Part shown: positions 1 to 9,215 of the stretch, piece after piece
Numbering within the stretch: position 1 is the stretch's first letter
Layout of the letters: the number at the start of each line of letters is the position of its first letter
DNA from: Methanobacteriota archaeon
GTDB taxonomy: Archaea > Thermoplasmatota > Poseidoniia > Poseidoniales > Poseidoniaceae
Assembly (NCBI GenBank): GCA_002715725.1
Contig: PAZU01000004.1
Location: 18,580-82,579, forward strand
Reading direction: 5' to 3'
Length of the DNA: 64,000 nt
The notes under the pieces: generated by a model
The model's input: the letters and a program-made list of their open reading frames with translations, nothing else
What the model was told of the DNA's origin: nothing
Database searches by the model: none
Program-made: the position numbers and the translations under genes

Positions 1-2
1 AA

Positions 3-308
3 ATGGATGCTTGGAATGAAGAATTGGAACCGCTTGAGAGTTTCATTCTTCCAACGGGTTCAGGTCCGATTGCAGCAATGCATCTAGCAAGGACAGTTAC
101 GCGAAGATTAGAGAGGTCAATGGTTGCAATCAAAGACGAAATGCGTCCGTTAGCTCTACAGTATGTGAACCGCCTTTCCGATTGGATTTTTGTCCTTACA
201 AGATGGACTTCAGCAAGACTGGGAGAGGACGAAACTCTGTGGACTCCAAAAGGCAAAAGAGAGGCAGGGATTGCTGATATGACTCGCAAACAGAACGCTA
301 ATCGCTAA
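3..308 (+). CDS. ATP:cob(I)alamin adenosyltransferase, PduO-type; C-terminal fragment with the 5' end outside the window
   Basis: Motifs FILPTGSGPIAAMHLARTVTRRLER and YVNRLSDWIFVLTRW match the PduO/MMAB adenosyltransferase C-terminal signature (FILPGG..LH.ARTVCRRAER ... YLNRLSD.LFVLAR). The ORF runs to the window edge. Confidence 0.7.
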   Translation: MDAWNEELEPLESFILPTGSGPIAAMHLARTVTRRLERSMVAIKDEMRPLALQYVNRLSDWIFVLTRWTSARLGEDETLWTPKGKREAGIADMTRKQNANR

Positions 309-531
309 GAGAATGAGTGAACTCTTTCAATTTTCATAAAGTTTCTGCCACCATGAAAATCGTTAGGATGCTTACCAATAACGGCAGTGACCCATAAGAA
401 ACCCATGCGAACGATGGTGTTTGGATCGGTACCCATCCGAACACCGTCGTTTCAAAGGGCCCCCTCTCGAAAATGAAAATTTCAATCACGCAATACTCAT
501 CATTATAACAAATGATAATCTGTAGATAATC

Positions 532-2265
532 ATGGATAGCAAAACGCTAGGCATGAGTTTGCTTGTTGTTTTTCTGATGGCAAGTTCAGGTGCAGTTGTT
601 CTGGTTGTTGATAACAAGATGAATGATGACATAGAGGTAGTTGAAGAAGTCGAGCAAGAAGAGGTTGAGGAGGTAGACTACCCTCCAAAGCTCCTTGTTG
701 ATTCTGAATTTAATCATAGGTGGGATGACAATAATGCAACAGCAGATGGTTTTGTTTACGATGAAATCCCTCAAACGTCAACTGTAAATGTCGTAGTTCT
801 TGATGAGAATTTCGTAACTGTAGCATCTTATGATTTATCGGTAAATGCTGATGGATATTGGCTATTTGAAACACAGTTATCAGAGCCTGGTTACTGGATT
901 CTTGATATATCTGCTACTGATGGACAAGGTCAGAATAGCGAATCCAAGAAAGTATCTCTTGAGATAACCAAACCTGTAGAAAGTGAACCGATTTTTAATT
1001 TCAGATGGGACGCCCCTACAGACAATGAAACCACTGGCACAATAAGTGGTTATGTAATTCATGAATTCCCGGAGACATGTGAAATAGAATACAGACCAAA
1101 GGACCAGAGTCCAGCTTACCACGTAGAAGGAGTTTTCACGGGTGAGTTAGGTATGTACAACATGACATTTGATACCTCCACACACAATACTGAAGGAATT
1201 TTGATAACTGAGTGTGGAATGTTTCAGAACTCCCAATATGCAGCATATGTGATCTTACCAATGCCTCCTGAACCTGTGGGTGATGGCGATAATGATGCAG
1301 TTCTTGATGATGTGGACGAGTGTCCATCAACACCTGAAGGTGAGCCGGTTTATTCGACTGGATGCTCTGACTCTGAAACCGATGATGATGGTGATAATGT
1401 CATGAATGACCGAGACCAATGTCCTTCAACTCCATCTGGTGAATCAGTAGATTATTATGGATGTTCAGATAGTCAGAAGGATGATGATTTAGATGGACTA
1501 ACAAACAATCTAGACGATTGTCCAAACACTCCGGCAGGTGAGATTGTAGATTCATCAGGGTGCTCTGATTCTCAAAAGGACGATGATGGAGATGGAGTCA
1601 CAAACGATATCGACACATGTCCCGATACTCCACCAAATACAGAAGTTAACGCAGTGGGCTGTTCACAAGAACAATCGGGCCCCCTGAAGATTTTGGCACT
1701 GCACGGTGGAGGACAGACTGCAAACGGTTTGAGGAATATGCAGGGTATTCAGGATTTGATGAGTTCATTAAGCGAATTTGAATTTGTTTTTGCTAGTACA
1801 CCTGAAAGTAATAACGTGTGGATAAGAGATCCACCGGGTGGAAAAGGAGAGCCAACAACCGATCGAGATTGGGCAGACGCATCAATAGATTATCTTGATC
1901 AGATAGTTGAGGAACAAGGTCCATTCTATGCAATCCTTGGATATTCACAAGGAGCAGCAATGATACCAGTTTATCTTGCAAACACAGAAAATACATTCAA
2001 CAGAGTGATGATGTACAATGGTTACCTACCAACAACCCACGAGGGATTGATTGACACAATTGATGAAGCTGCACCATTCTCAATTCCTGCAATGGTGTTT
2101 TCAGGAGAAAATGATGACGGATTCAAAGACTTGGCTCCCGCACTAGCAGCAAAGTTCTCGCAATGTTTGGAAGTTCACAGCCAAACTGCAGGGCATAACC
2201 CCCCATACCAAAGTGACTCTACATATAATCAGATTCTGAATTTCATAAGAGATGGAATGTCCTGA
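532..2265 (+). CDS. Secreted fusion protein: N-terminal signal/TM, four thrombospondin type-3-like calcium-binding repeats (D-x-D-x-D-G/CP...GCSDS), C-terminal FSH1-family serine hydrolase domain
   Basis: Hydrophobic N-terminus. Repeats DDVDECPSTPEGE..GCSDSETDDDGD, DRDQCPSTPSGE..GCSDSQKDDDLD, DDCPNTPAGE..GCSDSQKDDDGD. C-terminus LKILALHGGGQTANG...ILGYSQGAAM...FSGENDDGF resembles the FSH1/OVCA2 serine hydrolase fold. A TATA-like ATTATAAC sits about 25-30 nt upstream. Confidence 0.75.
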   Translation: MDSKTLGMSLLVVFLMASSGAVVLVVDNKMNDDIEVVEEVEQEEVEEVDYPPKLLVDSEFNHRWDDNNATADGFVYDEIPQTSTVNVVVLDENFVTVASYDLSVNADGYWLFETQLSEPGYWILDISATDGQGQNSESKKVSLEITKPVESEPIFNFRWDAPTDNETTGTISGYVIHEFPETCEIEYRPKDQSPAYHVEGVFTGELGMYNMTFDTSTHNTEGILITECGMFQNSQYAAYVILPMPPEPVGDGDNDAVLDDVDECPSTPEGEPVYSTGCSDSETDDDGDNVMNDRDQCPSTPSGESVDYYGCSDSQKDDDLDGLTNNLDDCPNTPAGEIVDSSGCSDSQKDDDGDGVTNDIDTCPDTPPNTEVNAVGCSQEQSGPLKILALHGGGQTANGLRNMQGIQDLMSSLSEFEFVFASTPESNNVWIRDPPGGKGEPTTDRDWADASIDYLDQIVEEQGPFYAILGYSQGAAMIPVYLANTENTFNRVMMYNGYLPTTHEGLIDTIDEAAPFSIPAMVFSGENDDGFKDLAPALAAKFSQCLEVHSQTAGHNPPYQSDSTYNQILNFIRDGMS

Positions 2266-2307
2266 TAACAAAAATTTTGTTTTATGGAGGCCATTTTAGT
2301 CGCTACC

Positions 2308-3609
2308 CTATGATTTGGCGTGGATTTTGATTACATCGCTGTCACTACATTCGTGGTCAGCACCAACTATTCTACGACTTCTTCCATCAACTGCTTTGAT
2401 GAATCCGTCTCCAAGGTCGCTGTGGACCTTGTACGCTAGGGCCTTAGCTTCAATTCCATTAGGAACTACAAATGCGTCAGGCAGAATCCTGCCTTCACTA
2501 TCTTTCCATGCGTTTTCGTCTGCTACAGGATAGACTACGACATGGTCTAGAGCATTGAATAATACATTACTGAGTAGTTCTGCAACCCCTGTTCCACCAG
2601 ACTGTGCAAGTTTATCCTTCATTGATGACAGAGCATTGATTTGAGCAGGATTTAGTTTGGATTCATCTACAATATCAAACGAATCACCACCTGGTGAATA
2701 AGAAATCATTCCTCCAGAATCCGCTCTACGTAATGCTAATTCCATATCAGCCATAGTTGGTTGAATTATCCCATTCGCTTCGATTGCATTCCAAGGAGTT
2801 CCCTTCGCAGAATCTGCTTTATTTGCTGCAATGTGAATTGGGAACAATTGGCACCTGAGGTGCAAGGCCAATGAACGGACTTTCTCTTCGGACCACATCC
2901 ATGGAGTGTCTAGGTCACCCCACTGATTTCTGAATCCATCAAGTGCCTGCAAAACGTGGGATAGAGAGGCTCCTAATCCTGTAAATCTCTCATGTAAGAA
3001 GGTGGTCAAACCTTTGTCTCCTTCAGCCTGTACTCGGCGAGATCCGCGTGACCAACCATCATCTAGTATACCATAAATCCACGAATCTAATTCCTCTGTC
3101 AAGAATGAGGTCTCTTCCTTCAAAGCTGATTCAACATCTTCTACTGCTGCAATTGGATTACCTTCTATGTCTGTTAGACCTGCTGCATCAACCACCTGAA
3201 TCAAAGCATCACAATTAGCCAAGTCGGAAAGGAATGCGTTTCCTCTTCCTCGTCCATCTGCAGCCCCAGGAACTAGTCCTGCAACATCGACTAAGAATGT
3301 TGGAACAAGGCGCACATACCCAACGCAACTGCCAGTGCGGGGCTCGCAAATACTGCCTTGTCTCGGGTCATCGTCGCTTACAGGTTCTAAGCGGCCATCT
3401 GCTTCAAGCCTCTCTCGCAAATCTTTGCACGGACAGGGCATAGGAGCAGCGATGAAAGCTACACCAACATTCGCTTCAATAGTACAAAACGGATAATTTG
3501 CAATGTCGACTTTCGCTAAAGTTGCAGCGCTAAAATAGGTCGACTTGCCAACGTTTGGCTTACCAACCAAACCAATTCGCATGGCCTCACGCCTGAGTGA
3601 TTCTATCAA
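2308..3609 (-). CDS. ychF: Obg-family GTPase/ATPase, YchF/OLA1-like
   Basis: G1 motif GLVGKPNVGKSTYFSAAT and G2 ANYPFCTIEANVGV are typical of YchF (COG0012). The true start may be the internal MRIGL at about 3582, which would reduce the 23-nt overlap with the upstream gene. Confidence 0.8.
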   Translation of the reverse strand: MIESLRREAMRIGLVGKPNVGKSTYFSAATLAKVDIANYPFCTIEANVGVAFIAAPMPCPCKDLRERLEADGRLEPVSDDDPRQGSICEPRTGSCVGYVRLVPTFLVDVAGLVPGAADGRGRGNAFLSDLANCDALIQVVDAAGLTDIEGNPIAAVEDVESALKEETSFLTEELDSWIYGILDDGWSRGSRRVQAEGDKGLTTFLHERFTGLGASLSHVLQALDGFRNQWGDLDTPWMWSEEKVRSLALHLRCQLFPIHIAANKADSAKGTPWNAIEANGIIQPTMADMELALRRADSGGMISYSPGGDSFDIVDESKLNPAQINALSSMKDKLAQSGGTGVAELLSNVLFNALDHVVVYPVADENAWKDSEGRILPDAFVVPNGIEAKALAYKVHSDLGDGFIKAVDGRSRRIVGADHECSDSDVIKIHAKS

Positions 3610-5755
3610 TCAAATCAGCCTTAGTACCGCTAGTAGTAAGGCCCATTGATTTTGCAACATCCACCAATTCAGCCTTCTTCATCTTCTTGAGTTCGGCTTG
3701 TGTTGGCGCATCATTAGACTCTTCTTCTGGTTCTTCCTCAGATTCTTCCTCGACTACTTCTTCTTCAGAAGTCTCTTCGACATCCTCTGACTCTTCGACG
3801 TAAGGAATGAATTCTATTCCCAAGGTGTTTCTAATTTCTAGAAGTGCAAGATCTAATTCTGGAAGATTGATCCTACCATCCGAGTTGATATCCATGATTT
3901 TTACCAAGTTCTCAACATCCCATGGTGGTAGGTCTGCAATATCTGCAACTCGTAGTGCATTTGCTAACTCAAACATGTCAATTTCACCAGAGTCATCTAC
4001 ATCCGCCCAAGAGAAGAATTGTGCAGTAGTTGTTCCTCTGCCACAAAGCCACTTTGTTAAAGTGACTAAATCCTCATCATAACTCACTGGGAATTCTTCA
4101 ACTTCGTCGTTGTGTAATTCAGCAGAAACTTCGATTATAGTTGAGCCGCCAGCGGATTCTTCTTCTGATTCACCGATTACTAGCGTTGTATCAATTCCAA
4201 CTCCACGTCCGAACAATGCACGGATTGTTGTTGTTCCCTCGACTAAAGTGTATGCGGAAATGTCACTTGTGCTTCCTCCACTAGAAGATTTGTTATCTCC
4301 AAATAGTAATGTCTTGACTACACTATTTGCTGCAAGAATGAATCCGATTACGATTCCATAGAATGCAAAAGCACCTGTCAATGCGAATCCGGATAGGCTA
4401 GAAGATGCATCTTCTACTCCTGCTTCAACCATTGTGTTTTCAGACCAGTCTCCCATCAAGAATAGAATTGTAGACAGTAAACCGCCTCCAATTACAAACC
4501 AAGATGCCATACCTGCAGAGCCGGTTAGTGACTTGCCTGCAGCTAGTGGATAAGAATGGAATAAAGCCGCTAGTGCAAACAGGCCTCCAACAACATACAG
4601 ATATGATGAGTTAACTGTATCTGCAACATTTGCTAGACTGCCATCACCAACCATCACATTCAATCCTGTGAAGTATCCAAGTAGTGCGAAGATTGGAAGC
4701 AGAATTGCTCCTCCTGCCGCTGCTGTTGCTCCTGGACTATCTACTACAGCACTTGCATTACCACGGATAGTGGAAAGCATGTTAGTCGATGCTGCCATTA
4801 CTGGCATTAGTCCCATAGTTACTAGAATAGCACCAATGGATTGTGTGAAGTTGTCTGCATGGGATGACTCGGTAAGGAAGAATGGAGGTATGGTGATGAA
4901 TAGCAAGAACATCGATGCCTTAGTTAGGCTACCAGACCATATTGGCTGGCCAGTAACATGAGACAATACATGGTATCCTACACCAAACATTAGAGCCAAA
5001 GGAACCCAACCTGAAGCCATGATATCAGCAACCCAAACTGTTCCTGTCCAATCTAATGTTTGACCTAAGGCACCTGCAAATCTACTGAATAGCAAAGTGA
5101 ATAGTGCCAAGATTAGGAACCAAGATGGAACCGAAATTGGAGATTCGCCACGTCCGCCCATTGTGATCAAAGAGTTGACTAGTAAACTCAGGACTAGTAG
5201 TCCAGATACCAATCCGTATAGTGCTGCTTCCTTTACTCCATATGTTAGGAAATCCCAGTGGTCTAAAACACATAGAGTCAGGCCTACTAATGCCTGTGCG
5301 GTCCATGCCATAGCAATCATCGAAGCGTTTGCTTCACTAGCAAGTTTGGAGCCAGTTGTACGAGTGTGTGCGACTAGACTTCCACCGATTAGAATAGCAA
5401 AAATTGCTGTGGTCATTGCAACTTCATTGAAGTATGCAAGAGCACTTCCATCATCGTAAGACCATCCTATGTTGGATAGTGAATCTAATGCTGCAGGGTC
5501 ATAATTATGCCAAGCGGACAGGAAGCCGGTTATAGCTGCTAAAATCAGCCAGAAGACACCGGTTTGCATCCAAGTCTTCGCACCGCAACCTTCTCTCTCT
5601 TGGAAGAGATCGGCAGCAGGGCCTGCTGCTTTTGTCAAAAGAAACATTCCGAATTGGCGTAACGGTTTGCTCATTCCACCGAACCCTTTCTGCATGTAAT
5701 GAGTAAAGAGTAGTAGGGAAACGAATAGTATTGCCGATGTTGTAAATGCAGACAT
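3587..5755 (-). CDS. Large polytopic membrane protein (about 14 predicted TM helices) with a C-terminal acidic region, two dockerin/EF-hand-like Ca-binding repeats and a terminal SAP/HeH-like motif
   Basis: Many hydrophobic segments. DVDDSGEIDMFELANAL and DINSDGRINLPELDLALL fit the D-x-N/D-x-D-G-x-I...L dockerin/EF-hand repeat. The C-terminal LKKMKKAELVDVAKSMGLTTSGTKADLIDRI resembles SAP/Rho-N (HeH). Acidic EEE-rich linker. Confidence 0.7.
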   Translation of the reverse strand: MSAFTTSAILFVSLLLFTHYMQKGFGGMSKPLRQFGMFLLTKAAGPAADLFQEREGCGAKTWMQTGVFWLILAAITGFLSAWHNYDPAALDSLSNIGWSYDDGSALAYFNEVAMTTAIFAILIGGSLVAHTRTTGSKLASEANASMIAMAWTAQALVGLTLCVLDHWDFLTYGVKEAALYGLVSGLLVLSLLVNSLITMGGRGESPISVPSWFLILALFTLLFSRFAGALGQTLDWTGTVWVADIMASGWVPLALMFGVGYHVLSHVTGQPIWSGSLTKASMFLLFITIPPFFLTESSHADNFTQSIGAILVTMGLMPVMAASTNMLSTIRGNASAVVDSPGATAAAGGAILLPIFALLGYFTGLNVMVGDGSLANVADTVNSSYLYVVGGLFALAALFHSYPLAAGKSLTGSAGMASWFVIGGGLLSTILFLMGDWSENTMVEAGVEDASSSLSGFALTGAFAFYGIVIGFILAANSVVKTLLFGDNKSSSGGSTSDISAYTLVEGTTTIRALFGRGVGIDTTLVIGESEEESAGGSTIIEVSAELHNDEVEEFPVSYDEDLVTLTKWLCGRGTTTAQFFSWADVDDSGEIDMFELANALRVADIADLPPWDVENLVKIMDINSDGRINLPELDLALLEIRNTLGIEFIPYVEESEDVEETSEEEVVEEESEEEPEEESNDAPTQAELKKMKKAELVDVAKSMGLTTSGTKADLIDRITQA

Positions 5756-5767
5756 TTCAATTCCCCC

Positions 5768-6040
5768 TTAGTCCGAAAGGACTCCTCCGACCAAATTGGC
5801 GATGATCATTCCGCAACCAACAAAAATACCGATTAAGTAATACCAAATTCCTGAGCCTCCAAGATTGTCCATGAATGGAATAATCTCGCCGATTACAGGA
5901 ACATTGTCCCAGCCAAAAATATTGCTGAACAATGCGATTAGCCCGATTAATCCTATGCTCATCATAACAAGAATTACTCGGGATGCAGATGGTTCTGCGA
6001 CTCCTTCAGACACATCGGGTAGTATCGTATTGTTGGTCAT
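5768..6040 (-). CDS. Small 2-TM membrane protein, 12 nt upstream of the polytopic membrane protein and probably co-transcribed with it
   Basis: Two hydrophobic helices. It is tightly linked to the downstream gene. Confidence 0.5.
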   Translation of the reverse strand: MTNNTILPDVSEGVAEPSASRVILVMMSIGLIGLIALFSNIFGWDNVPVIGEIIPFMDNLGGSGIWYYLIGIFVGCGMIIANLVGGVLSD

Positions 6041-6050
6041 TAAATCACCT

Positions 6051-6067
6051 TGACCCCGTAGGGGTCA
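6051..6067. terminator. Perfect hairpin TGACCCCGTAGGGGTCA downstream of the radical-SAM-like gene
   Basis: 7-bp GACCCC/GGGGTC stem with a 3-nt loop in a 72-nt intergenic gap between two minus-strand genes. No strong oligo-T tract follows. Confidence 0.3.
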
Positions 6068-6112
6068 TTTACGCCACCTATGATACGGTGATAAACATTG
6101 ACCAGCGACAAA

Positions 6113-7279
6113 TCAAGGGGAGCGTAGATGCAATAGTGCATTTCCTCGTCGATTTTTGCCCGAACCAAGTGGGATTGGCATCGCTTTATCTAACTCGATT
6201 TCTCTCTGCCAAACTTTCTTACAATCACAATCAAGACCATCCAGTTCATGGATGTCACCACTAACAGAATATCGTTCAATTGCAGCCACAACATCTCCAT
6301 CGCATGAGCCGCAATTATGGGCCCCTCTGACCTTACCGCCTGCTGTTGGATGGATGATTAGCCGGCTGATTTGATCTGCGGCTCCATTACCAGAATTAGT
6401 AGGGTGAATATCGTAGTGCACATCTTGAATCAATTGAACCAGAGACCAGAGCCATGGCGGGCGGTATTCATTTGCTCTGAACAATCTGTCAATAACAGTC
6501 CCTCTCTGAATATTCATTGGATTAACGCTGATTTCATCACTTCTTTCTGCAACATCCCTAATCCATTTTGCACCATGTACTAATGCATCCCCTTCGCTCA
6601 TGAAAGGAGGTTTAAACATAAGATAAGTCTTGATTCTTAATCCGAATTTTGCCAAATTTTCTACAGCCTTATCCCAACTCTTGATACTGAATCCTTTGTT
6701 TACATGGAATCGTAAAACTTCATCATCGTACGCCTCTAACCCTATTGCGACCGAAAATTTCGGATTGATTTTAGTTGCCCATTCTAACTTTTCTTTACTG
6801 AGTTGTTCGGTTCTACTTTCAACAACTAATTCCTTACCCATTTCATGGCAATCTCTCAACACTCGCTCCTGGAAATCTAATGGGATTTCTCTGTCTTCAA
6901 GTAAACTTCCTGAAGTGTAAACCTTCACCATTCCCATAGATTCAAAATCGTCAAATCTAGCCAATGATTTCTCCCATTGTGAGTGTAAATCTTCACTGGT
7001 GACATCGTCTCTAGTGTCGTTAAAGTATCCGCAAAAAGTACAACCGCTCGACCACCACCAATGGCAGCCTTTGGTTCTCAGAATAACGGTTAGAGCGGTT
7101 GTTGGTGTTCCATCAGCTAGCGTTTCTGGAGTGTAATATACAGTTGCAGGATCTTTAGCATCCCACGAATGTTTTCTCTCCTGCGCCCAAGGAGTATTAG
7201 CAGGAGCTTTGACCAAGTGATGGATACGAGCAGGACGTTTGTCCGACTCTCCTACCATGGTCAATTTGCCATTCGCCAT
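6113..7279 (-). CDS. Radical-SAM-like Fe-S enzyme (COG1244/TIGR01210-like; possibly tRNA/archaeosine-related)
   Basis: Cys cluster TKGCHWWWSSGCTFCGY near the N-terminus; about 390 aa, the size expected for this family. The family assignment is from memory of the motif. Confidence 0.55.
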   Translation of the reverse strand: MANGKLTMVGESDKRPARIHHLVKAPANTPWAQERKHSWDAKDPATVYYTPETLADGTPTTALTVILRTKGCHWWWSSGCTFCGYFNDTRDDVTSEDLHSQWEKSLARFDDFESMGMVKVYTSGSLLEDREIPLDFQERVLRDCHEMGKELVVESRTEQLSKEKLEWATKINPKFSVAIGLEAYDDEVLRFHVNKGFSIKSWDKAVENLAKFGLRIKTYLMFKPPFMSEGDALVHGAKWIRDVAERSDEISVNPMNIQRGTVIDRLFRANEYRPPWLWSLVQLIQDVHYDIHPTNSGNGAADQISRLIIHPTAGGKVRGAHNCGSCDGDVVAAIERYSVSGDIHELDGLDCDCKKVWQREIELDKAMPIPLGSGKNRRGNALLHLRSP

Positions 7280-7311
7280 GACTGGGCGTCTGGCTTCGCG
7301 TGTTTGAATGC

Positions 7312-8370
7312 TTACATCAAAGATTGAGTGAAGAAATCAACTATTCGAGTTTCGTATTCGTCGGTATCTGTCAACATTATAGTTTGATGTGCATCGCTTT
7401 CCATTCCTTCACCAACATCATATCTTATTATGGAATCTTTGAACCAACATGCGATTTTGCTTTCATCTCCATTTTCTAATGCTTCGTCGCACATCTGTAC
7501 ACCATGATGTACTCTGACTCTCTGGTCTTGGTTTCCATGTACGACAAACATGTGTCTGTCTCCAATCTCTGTTGCTGCATCTATTGGGAAGTGCTCAATC
7601 AAATTCTGTCCTGCAATTATCTTACCTGCAAAAATTCCTGCACCTCCTAAGAAAGTAGGATAGCCTTGGAATTCTAATTCTTCGACCACTATTGCCCCCA
7701 TGTCAGAATAACCTGATTCTAACCATATTGATTGTAATCTATCGTCTAATGTAAATGCGATTGCAGCTGTTCCTGCCCCCATTGAATTCCCATATATTCC
7801 AATTTCATCGGGATTAGCATCATGCTCATCTATTAGCCAATCAAAAACTGTAATCACGTCTACCCATTCATCCTGACCGCCAGAAACGCGGTTATCATCA
7901 ATTGACGATTCCCCGTGATCTCTCAAATCGAAGACGATGACATTGAAACCTGCATTTGCCAGCATTCCAGAAGGAAGTAGCAAAGCAGCATCTGCTTTAC
8001 AGCCCCTAATTCCGTGAACAAAAATAACCCAGGGCATAGATTCGTTTTGCTTTAGATACCAGGCTGAAAGGAAGAGTCCCTCGCCTTCTACCTCAATGGT
8101 CGCTGAATTATAATCGCTCCACCAATACTGAGATAATCCCGTCATAATATCAGAAGAAATATTTTCGGGATTTTGAGATTCGTTCAAAGGAACTTCATTT
8201 CTTAACGGTGCAAATTGTTCAGGAGTATTTTGGTCAAAATTGCCCCAACAGTCTGTATTAGTAGATGCCACATCATTGTAAACAATTGAGCCCGCCAAGA
8301 AATATCCCGTTGGCAGCAATACGATTAACATCAATAAAAATGGGAAAAATTCTCTCATTAATTTCATCAA
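7312..8370 (-). CDS. Secreted alpha/beta-hydrolase (esterase/lipase-like) with N-terminal signal/TM
   Basis: FVHGIRGC...DLRDHGES...GNSMGAG (GxSxG nucleophile elbow) with later His and Asp. Hydrophobic N-terminus FFPFLLMLIVLLPTGYFLAG. Overlaps psd by 4 nt. Confidence 0.75.
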   Translation of the reverse strand: MMKLMREFFPFLLMLIVLLPTGYFLAGSIVYNDVASTNTDCWGNFDQNTPEQFAPLRNEVPLNESQNPENISSDIMTGLSQYWWSDYNSATIEVEGEGLFLSAWYLKQNESMPWVIFVHGIRGCKADAALLLPSGMLANAGFNVIVFDLRDHGESSIDDNRVSGGQDEWVDVITVFDWLIDEHDANPDEIGIYGNSMGAGTAAIAFTLDDRLQSIWLESGYSDMGAIVVEELEFQGYPTFLGGAGIFAGKIIAGQNLIEHFPIDAATEIGDRHMFVVHGNQDQRVRVHHGVQMCDEALENGDESKIACWFKDSIIRYDVGEGMESDAHQTIMLTDTDEYETRIVDFFTQSLM

Positions 8371-9215
8371 ATCCCTCTGTAAATTATAGTAGACCCTGCT
8401 TTAACAAACTCGCCTTTAGGGTAATCCTTGTTACCATCTTCAGCACTGATTACACATGGATTAAATTTAGCCGCAGGCACTCGAACATCAACTCTGCTAC
8501 CAAGGCGAATCATTCCATACCTTTCACCTCTGCGCAAATCATCTCCTTCTGATTTCCATGGAATGATTGTACGAGCCAGTGCACCTGAAATTTGCATAAC
8601 TTCAACCAATAGGCCGTCCTCTCTATGGAACAATGTTCTCACTCTTTCGTTGTATTCACTTTCTTTTCTGAATGCAGGAAGGAATGGGCCTCTTCTCAGA
8701 CCCTTGCCTGTTCGGTGCTCCATCCGGGTAATCTTTCCAGCGATTGGAGCACGGTTAACGTGTACATCTAGTGGGGACATAAAGACGGCGATTCTCCACA
8801 CATCGGTATCTGATTCTTCTCCTTCTGGCACTGCTTCAAAGCGCTGTTCGGTAGAGAACGACAAAATATCTTCACAAGGTTCAGGATGCCACGACCCAGT
8901 GTGTTCATCTTCCTGTGCACCATCCATCTCATCTTTGGATGGTCTGCGCCCTGTTGCTCTCTCCCTCTTAACGAACATAACATGCCCATCTGCAGGTGAA
9001 ACCAGAACACCTTCATCTCTAGGAATTGGTCGATCGGGGTCTCGCCAAAAGTTAGCAAAAAATGCTGCTAACATCAGCATTAGTATTCCCAAACTGGGAG
9101 CAAGGCCGTAAAGAGGATTGACAAACCATCCAACTAGTATGAATCCGACTCCCATCAATGTAGGTGTAATTACAGGCAGAAATCCGCCTCTGGCTAACAT
9201 AGCCAAATGGCTCAC
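8367..9215 (-). CDS. psd: Phosphatidylserine (archaetidylserine) decarboxylase proenzyme, short membrane-anchored type
   Basis: SPADGHVMFV, AVFMSPLDVHVNRAPIAGKI and a C-terminal GST self-cleavage-type motif (KAGSTIIY). N-terminal TM helices. There is an inserted acidic loop. Confidence 0.8.
   Translation of the reverse strand: MSHLAMLARGGFLPVITPTLMGVGFILVGWFVNPLYGLAPSLGILMLMLAAFFANFWRDPDRPIPRDEGVLVSPADGHVMFVKRERATGRRPSKDEMDGAQEDEHTGSWHPEPCEDILSFSTEQRFEAVPEGEESDTDVWRIAVFMSPLDVHVNRAPIAGKITRMEHRTGKGLRRGPFLPAFRKESEYNERVRTLFHREDGLLVEVMQISGALARTIIPWKSEGDDLRRGERYGMIRLGSRVDVRVPAAKFNPCVISAEDGNKDYPKGEFVKAGSTIIYRGI

Noticed and set aside
586-1333. Minus-strand ORFs (586-774, 880-1122, 1136-1333) inside the TSP3/FSH1 gene
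   Set aside because: They lie antisense within a well-supported 577-aa CDS and have low-complexity, motif-free translations, so they are most likely spurious. Many similar antisense ORFs inside other large genes were dismissed the same way, e.g. 8428-9111, 9424-10068, 33808-34143, 36193-36834, 57146-59869.
3587-5755. Heme-copper oxidase / NorB-like assignment for the 14-TM protein
   Set aside because: Many TM helices and some His residues are present, but the diagnostic HPEVY, HH and heme-ligand His patterns are absent.
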